DNA of 64,000 bases, from IMG/VR virus record IMGVR_UViG_3300048694_001042, positions 24,494 through 88,493 of that record. The stretch is one strand, 5' to 3'. The notes under the pieces are model-generated. The model was not told the DNA's origin, searched no databases, and saw only the letters and a list, made by a program, of their open reading frames with translations. Of the stretch, positions 20,580 to 31,420 are shown one piece after another. The stretch comes from a virus. The position numbers and the translations under genes are program-made. Each line of letters opens with the position of its first letter. Position 1 is the first letter of the stretch.

Positions 20580-21811
20580 AAACAACTGAAAATTTAGATA
20601 ACTGTAGTTTTTGTGGAAAACACAAAGATCAAGTAGTTAAGCTCATTGTGGGCGCCGAAGTTGCAATTTGCAACGAGTGTGTGGACTTGTGCCAGACTTT
20701 GCTAGAAGATGCACCTGTTGCCAAAGCTGACAAAACGCCCGGTGCGCTTGATCCTAGAGAAATCAAACGTCACCTTGACGAGTATGTGATTGGGCAAGAC
20801 CAAGCAAAAATTGTTCTCAGTGTAGCAGTTACCAACCACTACAAACGAATCAACAACAAAGAAAAACAAACCGAAGTCGAAAAAGCCAACATCCTCATGC
20901 TTGGTCCCACAGGATCAGGAAAAACACTGCTGGCCAGAAGCGTGGCCAGATATTTGGATGTGCCGTTTGTTATTGCAGACGCCACCAGTTTGACTGAAGC
21001 AGGATATGTGGGTGATGATGTTGAGAGTTTGATCAGTCGGCTGTACGCAGCTTCTGGATTCGACGTTGAAAAAACACAGCGTGGTATTGTGTTTGTGGAC
21101 GAAATTGACAAAATCAGCAGAAAAAGCGAAAGCACAAGTATTACCCGAGACGTGTCGGGCGAAGGCGTGCAACAGGCCCTGCTCAAGTTGGTTGAAGGCA
21201 CCAAGTGCAGAATTCAACCAACTGGTGGTCGTAAACATCCAGGCGGGGACATGATCGAAATAGATACCACTGACATTCTGTTCATAGCAGGTGGTGCTTT
21301 TGTGGGCCTGGATAACATTGTTAAAAACCGTATCAAAGGCACCAGCATTGGATTCCAAGCTGAAGTCAACCAAGATACTCCTGGCAAATTAGACATGGTC
21401 ACGCCCGACGATTTGGTACGCTTTGGGTTGATTCCTGAGTTTGTGGGCAGATTCCCCAGTTGGGTAGCATTGCAAGAGTTAACGTTGGAAGATCTCATTT
21501 CCATTCTAACTGAAGTTAAAAACTGCTATGTTGATCAGTATCAATGGTTATTTGACCAAGATCAAGTTGCACTGACATTCGAAACTGACGCACTCAAACG
21601 CATAGCTGAAAATACCATCAAAAACAAAACTGGCGCCCGTGGGCTGCACAGTGAACTGGAGCGTGTGTTATTGCCGCACATGTTTAACTTGCCACGCTAT
21701 CGAGACAGCGAAATCAACAGCCTTACAATCACTCAAGACCTGGTAAATAATCCTGTAGAACTAAAGGGATTACATGAACAAGTTGCGAGGAAGGTCAGTA
21801 CTGGTCACTGA
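20576..21811 (+). CDS. clpX: ATP-dependent Clp protease ATP-binding subunit ClpX
   Basis: CSFCGK..CNEC zinc domain, [29 protein letters not shown] loop. Confidence 0.95.
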   Translation: MKTTENLDNCSFCGKHKDQVVKLIVGAEVAICNECVDLCQTLLEDAPVAKADKTPGALDPREIKRHLDEYVIGQDQAKIVLSVAVTNHYKRINNKEKQTEVEKANILMLGPTGSGKTLLARSVARYLDVPFVIADATSLTEAGYVGDDVESLISRLYAASGFDVEKTQRGIVFVDEIDKISRKSESTSITRDVSGEGVQQALLKLVEGTKCRIQPTGGRKHPGGDMIEIDTTDILFIAGGAFVGLDNIVKNRIKGTSIGFQAEVNQDTPGKLDMVTPDDLVRFGLIPEFVGRFPSWVALQELTLEDLISILTEVKNCYVDQYQWLFDQDQVALTFETDALKRIAENTIKNKTGARGLHSELERVLLPHMFNLPRYRDSEINSLTITQDLVNNPVELKGLHEQVARKVSTGH

Positions 21812-21998
21812 CGACAACATAGAAAAAGCTCTGCGTAAGTTCAAAAAGAAAATCCAAAACTCGGACATTCTTAACGAGCTACGCAAAAGAGAGCATTACG
21901 TTAAACCTACCACCAAGCGCAAACTCAAACGTAGCGCGGCTAAAAATCGCTGGCGTAAAAAGCTGGACGATCAAGCATTGCCCAAGAAGCTATACTAA
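21774..21998 (+). CDS. rpsU: 30S ribosomal protein bS21
   Basis: IEKALRKFKKK..ELRKREHYVKPT pattern. Confidence 0.88.
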   Translation: MNKLRGRSVLVTDDNIEKALRKFKKKIQNSDILNELRKREHYVKPTTKRKLKRSAAKNRWRKKLDDQALPKKLY

Positions 21999-22237
21999 TG
22001 TACGTGGAGTTCAAGCTACCCGAATCTATTGCTGGTGCGTCATTATTGTTGCTTCGTCGTAGCATACTTGATTGGTCCGAAAAATACCAAATTCCTTACA
22101 CTGAAAAAACCATAAAATACACTTACCGCGTGTGTTTTGATAAAGACGAGTCTTATAGTTTTTTTGCAATGACCTATCCACAGACCCGGCACTTTCTCCA
22201 ATATCGCATTGTGTCTGACCTAAATAATAAAATATAA
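21998..22237 (+). CDS. hypothetical protein
   Basis: TAATG overlap with rpsU. Confidence 0.55.
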   Translation: MYVEFKLPESIAGASLLLLRRSILDWSEKYQIPYTEKTIKYTYRVCFDKDESYSFFAMTYPQTRHFLQYRIVSDLNNKI

Positions 22238-22264
22238 TTTGATTTCGTGTATAATAAATAACAA

Positions 22265-22319
22265 TGTAGCGCCGATGGTCGGGCTACAAAATTAATCTTG
22301 CTTTTCGAAGGAGAACACA
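22265..22319 (+). promoter_or_regulatory. ROSE-like RNA thermometer, dnaK leader
   Basis: hairpin TGTAGC..GCTACA, then CTTGCT able to pair with AAGGAG SD. Confidence 0.55.
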
Positions 22320-24206
22320 ATGAGCAAAGTAATCGGTATCGATCTGGGTACCACAAATTCATGCGTAGCCGTGGTTGAAAACGGCAATTCCCGAGTAATT
22401 GAAAACAGCGAAGGTGCTAGAACAACTCCTAGTGTTGTTGCTTACACCAGCGACGATGTGCTGGTCGGTGCAAGCGCCAAGCGTCAAGCAATTACCAATC
22501 CCAAAAACACCATTTACGCAGCCAAGCGATTGATCGGACGCAAGTTCCGCGAAGATGCAGTGCAGAAGGACATCAACTTGATGCCGTATAGCATTGTGGA
22601 AAATGACAATGGTGATGCTTGGGTTCAAGCTGGCGATCGCCGACTGGCACCTCCACAAATCTCTGCAGAAGTTCTGCGTAAAATGAAAAAGACAGCAGAA
22701 GACTATCTTGGCACAGAAGTCACACAAGCTGTTATCACTGTCCCTGCTTACTTCAACGACAGCCAACGTCAAGCTACCAAAGATGCTGGACGTATCGCTG
22801 GACTAGAAGTATTGCGTATTATCAACGAGCCAACTGCGGCTGCACTAGCATACGGCGTTGACAAAGCCGATAAAAAGGATCGCAAGATTGCTGTGTACGA
22901 CTTGGGCGGCGGCACGTTTGACGTAAGCATCATTGAAATCGCCAACATTGACAATGAAAAGCAAATCGAAGTATTGAGCACCAACGGAGACACCTTCCTG
23001 GGCGGTGAAGACTTTGACCAGCGCATCATGGACTTCTTGGTCGACGAATTCAAGCGGGATACTGCTGTGGACTTGACCCGAGACGTACTGGCCTTGCAAC
23101 GCTTGAAAGAAGCTGCTGAAAAAGCCAAGATTGAACTGTCAAGCAGCACTGCTACAGACGTCAACTTGCCTTATGTCACTGCTGATGCTAGTGGTCCCAA
23201 GCACATGAACATCAAGCTCACTCGTGCCAAACTAGAGAGTTTGGTGGACGAGTTGATCCAACGCAGTATTGAACCTTGCCGCATTGCAATGAAAGATGCC
23301 GGTGTCACTGCTGATGAAATTGATGAAGTTATTCTTGTTGGTGGCCAAACTCGCATGCCCCGAGTACAAGAAGCTGTGGAAAAACTGTTTGGCAAAGCAC
23401 CGCGCCGGGATGTTAACCCTGACGAAGCAGTGGCTGCAGGCGCTGCTATTCAAGGAAGTGTGTTGGCCGGTGACCGCAAAGACGTGTTGCTGTTGGATGT
23501 TACACCGTTGAGCTTGGGCATTGAAACCATGGGTGGTGTGTTTACTAAAATCATCCAAAAGAACACAACCATTCCTACCAAGGGCACACAAACATTCAGT
23601 ACTGCTGAAGACAATCAGCCTGCTGTGACCATCAAGGTTGGACAAGGTGAGCGTGAGCTGTTCAAGTACAACAAAGAACTTGGTTTGTTTAATCTAGACG
23701 GTATTGCTCCTGCACCACGTGGCATGCCGCAAATTGAAGTTACCTTTGACATTGACGCCAATGGCATTATGCATATTTCGGCCAAAGACAAAGGCACCGG
23801 CAAAGAAAACAAAATCACTATCAAGAGTGACTCAGGCTTGAAAGAGGATGAAATTCAACGCATGGTTCGTGAAGCTGAAGACAATGCCGAAGCTGACAAG
23901 AAACAAGTTGAATTGATTCAAGCTCGCAACACCGCAGAAGGTACGTTGCATGGGTTCCGCAAGGACTTTGATGCCTACAAGGATCAGGTCACAGAAGAAG
24001 AACGCAACCGAGCTGAACAAGCACTTCAAGATCTTGACACTGCTATTGGCGGTGATGACGTTGAGGAAATCAACGCAAAAACAACAGAATTGTACCAAGC
24101 TATCGGTCCTATCACCGGTAAAAAGTACGAAGCCGAGCAAAAGGCCAAAGCGGAATCCGAGAAAAAGGATGATGATGTGGTCGATGCCGAAGTCAAGGCT
24201 GCTTGA
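22320..24206 (+). CDS. dnaK: molecular chaperone DnaK
   Basis: [35 protein letters not shown]. Confidence 0.97.
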   Translation: MSKVIGIDLGTTNSCVAVVENGNSRVIENSEGARTTPSVVAYTSDDVLVGASAKRQAITNPKNTIYAAKRLIGRKFREDAVQKDINLMPYSIVENDNGDAWVQAGDRRLAPPQISAEVLRKMKKTAEDYLGTEVTQAVITVPAYFNDSQRQATKDAGRIAGLEVLRIINEPTAAALAYGVDKADKKDRKIAVYDLGGGTFDVSIIEIANIDNEKQIEVLSTNGDTFLGGEDFDQRIMDFLVDEFKRDTAVDLTRDVLALQRLKEAAEKAKIELSSSTATDVNLPYVTADASGPKHMNIKLTRAKLESLVDELIQRSIEPCRIAMKDAGVTADEIDEVILVGGQTRMPRVQEAVEKLFGKAPRRDVNPDEAVAAGAAIQGSVLAGDRKDVLLLDVTPLSLGIETMGGVFTKIIQKNTTIPTKGTQTFSTAEDNQPAVTIKVGQGERELFKYNKELGLFNLDGIAPAPRGMPQIEVTFDIDANGIMHISAKDKGTGKENKITIKSDSGLKEDEIQRMVREAEDNAEADKKQVELIQARNTAEGTLHGFRKDFDAYKDQVTEEERNRAEQALQDLDTAIGGDDVEEINAKTTELYQAIGPITGKKYEAEQKAKAESEKKDDDVVDAEVKAA

Positions 24207-24222
24207 TTTCGATAAGTAAAAA

Positions 24223-24283
24223 TACAGGTGCCGATGGTCGGGCCCGTATAACAAAGTCAACTTGCTTTATAAGGAGAAATGAC
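24223..24283 (+). promoter_or_regulatory. ROSE-like RNA thermometer, hsp20 leader
   Basis: GCCGATGGTCGGGC shared with dnaK leader; CTTGCT..AAGGAG. Confidence 0.65.
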
Positions 24284-24727
24284 ATGACTAAGACTTTAAC
24301 ACTACGCACATTCGATATCCCACAAATGCACAAGTTTGGGATTGGATTCGACAACATGTTTGATGAACTCATGCGTGTTACATCACAACAACAAACCAAT
24401 TATCCTCCACACAATGTGATCAAAACAGGTGAAAACACCTTGATCATTGAAGTGGCTGTGGCTGGCTTTGCCGAAGGCGAAATTGACATTCAGGTGGAGA
24501 AAAACTTGTTGACAATTCGTGGCGAGCAGGCACGTGAAACAGATGCCAGTTGGGAATTTTTGCATCGCGGAATTTCCAGCCGTGATTTTAGCCAAGCTTT
24601 TACTTTGGCCGATCACGTGGAAGTAAAAAGCGCCAGCATTACCAACGGCATTTTGAGTGTGTTTTTGGAACGCAAGATTCCAGAAGAAGCCAAGCCAAAG
24701 AGTATTGCTATTACCTACAATAAGTAA
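24284..24727 (+). CDS. small heat shock protein (Hsp20/IbpA family)
   Basis: IGFD, NYPPHN, AVAGF, LHRGIS, NGILSV, IPEEAKPKSI. Confidence 0.93.
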   Translation: MTKTLTLRTFDIPQMHKFGIGFDNMFDELMRVTSQQQTNYPPHNVIKTGENTLIIEVAVAGFAEGEIDIQVEKNLLTIRGEQARETDASWEFLHRGISSRDFSQAFTLADHVEVKSASITNGILSVFLERKIPEEAKPKSIAITYNK

Positions 24728-24782
24728 TATAATGTAAATACAGCAGTGGGAATGGTCCCACTGCTACAACAAGGATAATAAA

Positions 24783-25097
24783 ATGGCACAGTCAGATACA
24801 CGTACCAAAATCAAGCCTAACGAAGCTGTCAAAGAGCCACCGATGTTCAAGGTAGTTTATATCAATGACAATCAGACCAGCATGGAATTTGTGATTTCCA
24901 GCTTGGTTGATTATTTTGATTACCGCATTGAAACTGCTGAACAAATCACCATTGACATTCACGAAACCGGCTCTGCTGTGGTAGCTGTGTTGCCTTATGA
25001 AATTGCCGAGCAAAAAGGCATCGAAGTTACTCTCAATGCACGAGCACAAAGCTATCCGCTACAAATCAAACTTGAACCCGATGGCGTGGGTCAATAA
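24783..25097 (+). CDS. clpS: Clp protease adaptor ClpS
   Basis: PPMFKVVYINDNQTSMEFV, IHETG, EIAEQK, YPLQ. Confidence 0.9.
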   Translation: MAQSDTRTKIKPNEAVKEPPMFKVVYINDNQTSMEFVISSLVDYFDYRIETAEQITIDIHETGSAVVAVLPYEIAEQKGIEVTLNARAQSYPLQIKLEPDGVGQ

Positions 25098-25885
25098 TCA
25101 ATTGTAATGCGCTTGGGGTGATACACCCAAGTTGACCACGGCGAACCACTGCGACCACGACAGTTATTCACATAACGAATATTGTCGTGCGTCTGGTCTA
25201 CGCTGCCATGGTAGTGACCAAAGCACCAGGTGTGTATTTTCTTTTCAGAATCTGCTGCCAATACATGTTGCATATAACGATTGCCCATGGTATTGAATTT
25301 CAACGATCCCACTAGATTGACGTCGTGGTTGATCAGCACAGGGTTGGGCACAGTGTGAGTGGCAACCACAATCTTTTTAACGTCAATATGTGTTTGCAAG
25401 CGTTTGATTGAACCGATCATGTAGCTGGCATCGTTTGTACTCATCTTACGTATGTTTTCTATTTCGTTTAGGCCATAGAATTCTTTTTCTGCGTACCATT
25501 GGGCAGATTGATCGGGGTCTGTAACACCATCAAAGTCAAACCCCCACCAGCCGTTGGTTCCAATAATGGCCACACCGTCTACCACTACCACATTGTCTTG
25601 TAGATAAACAACATTGTGTACCGCAGTAACACGATCCACCAAGTCACGATAGCTGTGTCCTAGATCTTGCATGTGGTTGGAGTGTTCGTCGTTGCCGTCG
25701 ATATAAAACACAGCTTGATAGCATTTGCCCAAGTGTGTGAGTGCTTCGATCAGCCGGTCTCGGTCCTTGGCAACGTCTCCTACTACCAAACAGTGGGCGC
25801 TGGTGCTGCGGTCAGTCCAGTCAAACGTTTCTTGCCAAGTATCTATGTGTAAATCAGAAATTAAATCAAAAGTAAATTGCATCAT
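25091..25885 (-). CDS. calcineurin-like metallophosphoesterase
   Basis: SDLH, GD, GN-D-EH, HT, FGHYH motifs. Confidence 0.85.
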   Translation of the reverse strand: MMQFTFDLISDLHIDTWQETFDWTDRSTSAHCLVVGDVAKDRDRLIEALTHLGKCYQAVFYIDGNDEHSNHMQDLGHSYRDLVDRVTAVHNVVYLQDNVVVVDGVAIIGTNGWWGFDFDGVTDPDQSAQWYAEKEFYGLNEIENIRKMSTNDASYMIGSIKRLQTHIDVKKIVVATHTVPNPVLINHDVNLVGSLKFNTMGNRYMQHVLAADSEKKIHTWCFGHYHGSVDQTHDNIRYVNNCRGRSGSPWSTWVYHPKRITIDY

Positions 25886-25908
25886 ACATATTTAGAAGGA
25901 TTTTTATC

Positions 25909-26274
25909 ATGCATATAATTTTTGGCGATGCCATAAAACACATACCCAATAGTTATACAGTATTGGAGTTAGATACCATACGTATAGAACCTGACAACCA
26001 AGAATTCAAGACCTACTGTGTGATTGAAAAAATTCCTTTGGCTGAGTTTCCTGTTGCAGAAATAAATCAAAAAGTTCATGCAGATTTGATACAACACTAC
26101 AAGCAGCAGGACTGGCAATTTTGCGAAGATGCAATCTCTGTACTGTACGGAAAATGGGACGGAGAAATAGATAGTTTTTATGACGACTTGAGCCGACGAA
26201 TCAACGAGTATAAAAACGTCAAGTTAGAACCCAGCTGGGATGGCACACTGGTGCGTTCTATAAATACTCAATGA
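25909..26274 (+). CDS. hypothetical protein
   Basis: AAGGA SD; 121 aa. Confidence 0.65.
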   Translation: MHIIFGDAIKHIPNSYTVLELDTIRIEPDNQEFKTYCVIEKIPLAEFPVAEINQKVHADLIQHYKQQDWQFCEDAISVLYGKWDGEIDSFYDDLSRRINEYKNVKLEPSWDGTLVRSINTQ

Positions 26275-26981
26275 CAGAATTAATTGCAACCCTAGTAATG
26301 ACGCACATTACCATTGCTTGTGTTACCTTGTATTTGCATCGTAGCCAAGCTCATCGCAGCGTGACCTTTCACCCAGCGATAGCACATTTCATGCGTTTTT
26401 GGTTGTGGCTCACAACAGGCATGGTTACCAAACAGTGGGTGGCCATACATCGCAAACACCATAGATACAGTGATCGATCAGGCGACCCGCACAGTCCATT
26501 GGTGTATGGTATCCGCAGAGTTTTCTTTCAAGGAGCAGGTTTATATCATGAAGCAAGCAAAGATCGTGTTATGGTTGACGCATACGGTGCTGGTACTCCT
26601 GCTGATTGGATGGAGCGCAACGTATACAGTGCTCACTCCAGACTTGGCATTGGCCTTCTCTTTTTGTTCAACGTTGCCGTTTTCGGTTGGGTCGGCGCCT
26701 TAATATGGTTGGTACAAATGGCGTGGATTCCGTTTTGGGCAGCGGGAGTGATTAACGGCCTAGCACATTGGTGGGGATATAGAAATGGTGAAACTAGAGA
26801 CAACAGTAGAAATATTAGTCCCATTGGTATTATCATCGGTGGTGAATGCTTACATAATAATCACCATCTTGACCCTGCTAGTGCCAAACTGAGCCGACGT
26901 TGGTTTGAGTTTGATATTGGTTGGATGTATATTGTTATTTTGCGTTCAGCGGGGTTGGCAAAGGTTACCCAGGCAAAGTAA
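26271..26981 (+). CDS. membrane fatty acid (acyl-CoA) desaturase
   Basis: His boxes HRSQAH, HRKHH, HNNHH; TM segments. Confidence 0.92.
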   Translation: MTELIATLVMTHITIACVTLYLHRSQAHRSVTFHPAIAHFMRFWLWLTTGMVTKQWVAIHRKHHRYSDRSGDPHSPLVYGIRRVFFQGAGLYHEASKDRVMVDAYGAGTPADWMERNVYSAHSRLGIGLLFLFNVAVFGWVGALIWLVQMAWIPFWAAGVINGLAHWWGYRNGETRDNSRNISPIGIIIGGECLHNNHHLDPASAKLSRRWFEFDIGWMYIVILRSAGLAKVTQAK

Positions 26982-27161
26982 CTTGAACTGTTCCATTTGA
27001 TCCTGCGCTTCTACCACAGCACCCATCCAGAACCATTGATCCAGCATGGATTCCACAAACAGGTCCATGTACCAGTTAAACAATGGGCTGTTGAGCCAGG
27101 GCTCTGATTGTTGGACCAGCAGGCGGTTCCACGCCTGCCCTAGTTGATAAAACTCATACAT
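26946..27161 (-). CDS. hypothetical protein
   Basis: TGATG-coupled to a 28 aa ORF (27161-27247, minus) that follows TATAAATA. Confidence 0.4.
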   Translation of the reverse strand: MYEFYQLGQAWNRLLVQQSEPWLNSPLFNWYMDLFVESMLDQWFWMGAVVEAQDQMEQFKLLCLGNLCQPR

Positions 27162-27330
27162 CAGCTTGATTTAGTAGGGGTAATAGGTGCGGGCTTGTTG
27201 CCATTGAATGGCGGGTTTTTGGGTGGATTATGTTTGAACCAACTCATGCTGGTATTTATATGTGACGTTGTGATTTTTTCAGGCCAGTGTAAAATAGCGA
27301 TAAATTATTCTATTACATTAAGGAACATTC

Positions 27331-28572
27331 ATGAAAAAAATCGGGTTTATTGGGATTGGCAAGCTAGGCTTAGACTGTGCTGAAGTAATGGCTGAAAAGC
27401 ATGAAGTTCGCGGATATGACATCTATCCACGAACCAGTGATTCAGTAAAAGTCTGTGACATCAGCGAGCTGGTCAATGAAAGCGAGTGGATTTTTATCGC
27501 AGTCCCAACACCACATGCCGAAGGCTATGATGGAAGTGTGCCAAGCTCGCACATGGAACCACGTGACTTCGGACACGACGCTGTGATTGACGCAATCAAG
27601 AACGTAAACAAGTATGCTACATCTCCTAAAAAGGTTGTGCTGATTTCTACAGTGCTACCGGGCACAACACGCAAGCACTTTTATCCTTTGCTGGACAAGC
27701 AACATCAGTTCTTGTACAATCCCTACTTGATTGCCATGGGATCAGTAAAATGGGACATGGCCAATCCTGAAATGGTCATGATTGGTACAGAAGATGGCAA
27801 CCCCAATGCTCTGGCCGGTGAGTTGATTGATTTGTACAAAACCATGATGCAAAACAATCCACGCTATGAAATTGGTACCTGGGACGAGTGCGAAGCAATC
27901 AAGATTTTCTACAATACCTTTATTTCAGCCAAGGTTGGTCTGGTCAACATGATTCAAGACTTTGCCATGCGTATTGGACACATCAACGTTGACGTTGTGA
28001 CCAATGCTCTAGCTCGAAGCACCATGCGTATCATGGGACCCAAGTACATGACCGCAGGCATGGGCGATGCAGGCGCTTGCCACCCACGTGACAACATTGC
28101 TCTGCGTTGGTTGGCCAAAGAGTACAATTTGGGCTATGACTTGTTTGACACAGTGATGCATGCCAGAGAAATCCAAGCCAAAAACTTGGCCATGTTCTTG
28201 GTGGACTTGAGTGTGATGAACGACAACTTGCCCATTGCCATTCACGGCAAAGCATACAAGCCCGACGTTCCCTACTGCATTGGTAGCTACAGCACCTTGG
28301 TTGGACACTATGTTGAACAAGAAGGTAAATCGGTTGTGTACGTCGATCCCTTGGCCGATGATCCAACCAACGTGGTTGAAAAGGTTGGTGGACCTGCAAT
28401 CTTTTTATGGGCACATGATCGCAAGATCACTTACGAATACACTGGTGACCAACCCGAAACTCAACCTTATTGTGAAATCCTCCCAGGATCCATTATTGTT
28501 GACCCTTGGCGCAAGCTGAAATCGGGCAACGGCATTGAAGTTATTCATTACGGTAACACCCGTCAACAATAA
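27331..28572 (+). CDS. UDP-glucose/GDP-mannose dehydrogenase family protein
   Basis: GIGKLG Rossmann, IAVPTP, STVLPG, EAIKIFYN, GACHPRD. Confidence 0.85.
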   Translation: MKKIGFIGIGKLGLDCAEVMAEKHEVRGYDIYPRTSDSVKVCDISELVNESEWIFIAVPTPHAEGYDGSVPSSHMEPRDFGHDAVIDAIKNVNKYATSPKKVVLISTVLPGTTRKHFYPLLDKQHQFLYNPYLIAMGSVKWDMANPEMVMIGTEDGNPNALAGELIDLYKTMMQNNPRYEIGTWDECEAIKIFYNTFISAKVGLVNMIQDFAMRIGHINVDVVTNALARSTMRIMGPKYMTAGMGDAGACHPRDNIALRWLAKEYNLGYDLFDTVMHAREIQAKNLAMFLVDLSVMNDNLPIAIHGKAYKPDVPYCIGSYSTLVGHYVEQEGKSVVYVDPLADDPTNVVEKVGGPAIFLWAHDRKITYEYTGDQPETQPYCEILPGSIIVDPWRKLKSGNGIEVIHYGNTRQQ

Positions 28573-28573
28573 C

Positions 28574-28602
28574 TTGACAAATAAACCCAATACGTGTATA
28601 AT
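28574..28602 (+). promoter_or_regulatory. sigma70-like promoter (leaderless uvsE)
   Basis: TTGACA-17-TATAAT, ATG 6 nt downstream. Confidence 0.75.
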
Positions 28603-28608
28603 TACACT

Positions 28609-29628
28609 ATGACTACACGTATTGGCTTTTGCTGCAAATGGCTCGATGACCCTGCTGAAACTGCAGGCCGTAAACCCACGTCTGAGAGCCGTGACCTAAA
28701 TGGACGTTCCACTACCATGCGTTGGCTCCGTGAACATGCGGACGAAGCCGAACAACGCCAGTGGGACATTATGAACCACAATGCCCGTGCGGCTCTGCTT
28801 ATGGTAGAACGTGTGGGCACACTGCCTCCTGAACGCAGAATGGTGCGTCTGGGTAGCGAAATGCTACAAGGCTACACAGAACCTTCATGGATAGATTGGT
28901 GGCAACGACGTGAAATACAAGATCACTGTGAACGAATCTTTGCGCCGGTTGGAGACGCTGCTCGGCGTCTTGGTGTACGGCTATCCTTCCATCCAGGGCA
29001 ATTTTGTGTACTGGCAAGCGAGTCGGATGAAATCGTGGAGAGATCCATACTCGAGTTTGAGTATCATACAGACATGGCGCGGTGGATGGGATTTGGCCAT
29101 GACTTTCATGATTCGGGATTCAAGATCAACGTACACTTATCGGGCAAAGGCGGTCCTGCTAAGTTTTTGCAGACGCTGAAACGTCTGTCACCTGAGGCTA
29201 GAAACCTTATCACTATCGAAAACGACGAGATGTCAAATGGGCTTGATACTACTTTACTTGTGGCTGAGCATTGTGCTCTTGTGCTGGATATTCATCACCA
29301 CTGGGTCAAAACAGGCGAATATATCGACCCCGCGGACGCTCGTGTTCAGCGGGTTCGTGAGTCTTGGCGTGGTGAGCGTCCTGTACTCCATTTTTCTACT
29401 AGCCGCGAAGATATTTTGGTTGACCATGATCCAAACGTTCGACCAGACCTTGCTGCTCTTATTGCTGGAGGTCATAAAAAACAGCAACTCCGGGCACACA
29501 GTGACTTCTATTGGAACCATGCTGTGAACGACTGGGCCTTGAGCTTTGCTGATCGCTTTGACATACAATGCGAGGCCAAGGGCAAGAACCTAGCAAGTGA
29601 ACAGATCTATGAACGACTTATTGGTTAA
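28609..29628 (+). CDS. uvsE: UV DNA damage endonuclease (UvsE/UVDE)
   Basis: RIGFCC, RLSFHPGQF, IENDE, LDIHHH, RAHSD, EAKGK. Confidence 0.9.
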   Translation: MTTRIGFCCKWLDDPAETAGRKPTSESRDLNGRSTTMRWLREHADEAEQRQWDIMNHNARAALLMVERVGTLPPERRMVRLGSEMLQGYTEPSWIDWWQRREIQDHCERIFAPVGDAARRLGVRLSFHPGQFCVLASESDEIVERSILEFEYHTDMARWMGFGHDFHDSGFKINVHLSGKGGPAKFLQTLKRLSPEARNLITIENDEMSNGLDTTLLVAEHCALVLDIHHHWVKTGEYIDPADARVQRVRESWRGERPVLHFSTSREDILVDHDPNVRPDLAALIAGGHKKQQLRAHSDFYWNHAVNDWALSFADRFDIQCEAKGKNLASEQIYERLIG

Positions 29629-29896
29629 TACCTTTAGTTGGATACGAGATGATTTCCGGTCTTATCCTACTAGGTTTGTTGTTGAGTTGCTTGCTTGGGC
29701 TATTAGCATTGGGTGCAGTATTACTATGGCTCTTACTGTCCCCAACCCACCCTTACTCACCTTATATCCTATTTGGATCTCTGGTTGCGCCATGTATGCT
29801 TGGGCTGCTTATACTAGGAAATCATTTGGCATGCTGGTTAACTACCTGCTTCTTGTGACCATTGATTCAGTTGGCCTATTTAGGATGCTTATGTAA
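29609..29896 (+). CDS. small multi-pass membrane protein
   Basis: three hydrophobic helices. Confidence 0.65.
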   Translation: MNDLLVNTFSWIRDDFRSYPTRFVVELLAWAISIGCSITMALTVPNPPLLTLYPIWISGCAMYAWAAYTRKSFGMLVNYLLLVTIDSVGLFRMLM

Positions 29897-29968
29897 GCAG
29901 ATATTTCTTTCGTTTAGTTACCATAAGTAATAGGTACTCAAGTACGCTATACTCTAAGGTGAACAATA

Positions 29969-31420
29969 ATGATAAGAACTATCACTGCGGGGTTACTTGC
30001 CGTTTCAATGGCCGGAGCCGTTTCCGCACAAACTCTAATTAATCAAAGCTCTATATCCAGTGGATATGGATCTGCTAGCTTAATAGATACCAACAGTACT
30101 TCTAACTCAGTTAGTACTGTTAATACCACAAATACCAGCACAGCTACGACTAACAGCACCGCTACCAGTACTGTTACGTCCACCAACGTAAACACCAACA
30201 ACAACGTAAACAGTGGTGCTGTGACTTATACCAACAACAACGTAAACAGTGGGTCGGTAACCTATACCAACAACAACGTTGCGTCGGGGGAAGTAACATA
30301 CAACAACGTAAACAGTGGCACAGTGAATTACAACAACACAAATACCAGCACTGCCACAAATACTAACAACAACACAAATACCAGCACAAGCACCAATACA
30401 AACACAAACAACAACACAAATACCAACACCAGTACCAGCACTGCTACAAACACCAACAATAACACAAATACCAGTACCAGTACCAATACAAACACAAACA
30501 ACAACACAAATACCAACACAAATACCAGCACATCAACCAACACCAACAACAACACAAATACCAACACTAGTACCAATACAAACACCAATACAAACATAAA
30601 CACCAATAACGGTACTATGAATTACAACAACACCAACACAAGCACAGCCACTAACACAAACAACAACACCAGTACCAGTACTGCAACTAACACAAACAAC
30701 AACACCAGTACTAGCACCAACACAAACACCAATAACAATACCAACACATCAACTAGTACCAACACAAACACCAATAACAATACAAGTACCAGTAACAACG
30801 TGAACACTAACACAAATACCAGTACTGCTACAAATACTAATACCAACAACAATACCAATACCAGTACAAGTAACAATGTGAATACAAACACCAATACGTC
30901 GACTAGCACCAGTACAAGTAGTAACAACAACGTCAACCAAAACGTACAAACTGGAGACATGACCAATCGTAATATTAACGATACTACAATTACACAAAAG
31001 ATTATTCAGCCTCCACCAACTGCTATTGCTCCAATGATGATGAGCGGCGGCAACCAAGACCTGTGTACAACTGGCACATCCAGTGCTGTACAAACACAAA
31101 TCTTTGGTGTGTCAACAGGCGGTACAGTACGTGACTTGAATTGTGAACGTTTGAAGTTGAGCAAGACATTGTTTGATATGGGTATGAAAGTTGCTGCCGT
31201 TGCTACAATGTGCCAAGACAAGCGTGTTTGGGATGCTATGATGGCTGCAGGAACACCTTGCCCATACGAAGGCAAGATTGGTGAACAGGCCAAGGCTGCA
31301 TGGGAAGCAAACCCAACCAAGGTACCACCTGAACCAGAAAAGGAAGTGAAAGATGACACTTATCAGAAAGTTGGCTTTGGTGCTCTTATTGGCATCTTGG
31401 TTAACAAGTGGTTCAACTAA
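29969..31420 (+). CDS. exported protein with Asn/Thr-rich repeats and Cys-containing C-terminal domain
   Basis: signal peptide; TNTNNN/TSTS repeats; CTTG..CERL..CQD..PCP. Confidence 0.75.
   Translation: MIRTITAGLLAVSMAGAVSAQTLINQSSISSGYGSASLIDTNSTSNSVSTVNTTNTSTATTNSTATSTVTSTNVNTNNNVNSGAVTYTNNNVNSGSVTYTNNNVASGEVTYNNVNSGTVNYNNTNTSTATNTNNNTNTSTSTNTNTNNNTNTNTSTSTATNTNNNTNTSTSTNTNTNNNTNTNTNTSTSTNTNNNTNTNTSTNTNTNTNINTNNGTMNYNNTNTSTATNTNNNTSTSTATNTNNNTSTSTNTNTNNNTNTSTSTNTNTNNNTSTSNNVNTNTNTSTATNTNTNNNTNTSTSNNVNTNTNTSTSTSTSSNNNVNQNVQTGDMTNRNINDTTITQKIIQPPPTAIAPMMMSGGNQDLCTTGTSSAVQTQIFGVSTGGTVRDLNCERLKLSKTLFDMGMKVAAVATMCQDKRVWDAMMAAGTPCPYEGKIGEQAKAAWEANPTKVPPEPEKEVKDDTYQKVGFGALIGILVNKWFN
30090..30945 (+). 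repeat. low-complexity coding tandem repeat (AAC/ACA/ACC/AGT codons)
   Basis: imperfect NTNTSTST/ATNTNNN units. Confidence 0.85.

Noticed and set aside
20576-28572. Bacterial chromosome fragment (clpX, dnaK, clpS, rpsU)
   Set aside because: Gene order is not bacterial (no tig/lon/dnaJ/grpE/clpA) and the genes are interleaved with phage-type ORFs and TAAATA promoters.
30328-30966. Val/Leu-rich minus-strand ORFs resembling membrane proteins
   Set aside because: Antisense shadow of the Asn/Thr repeat.
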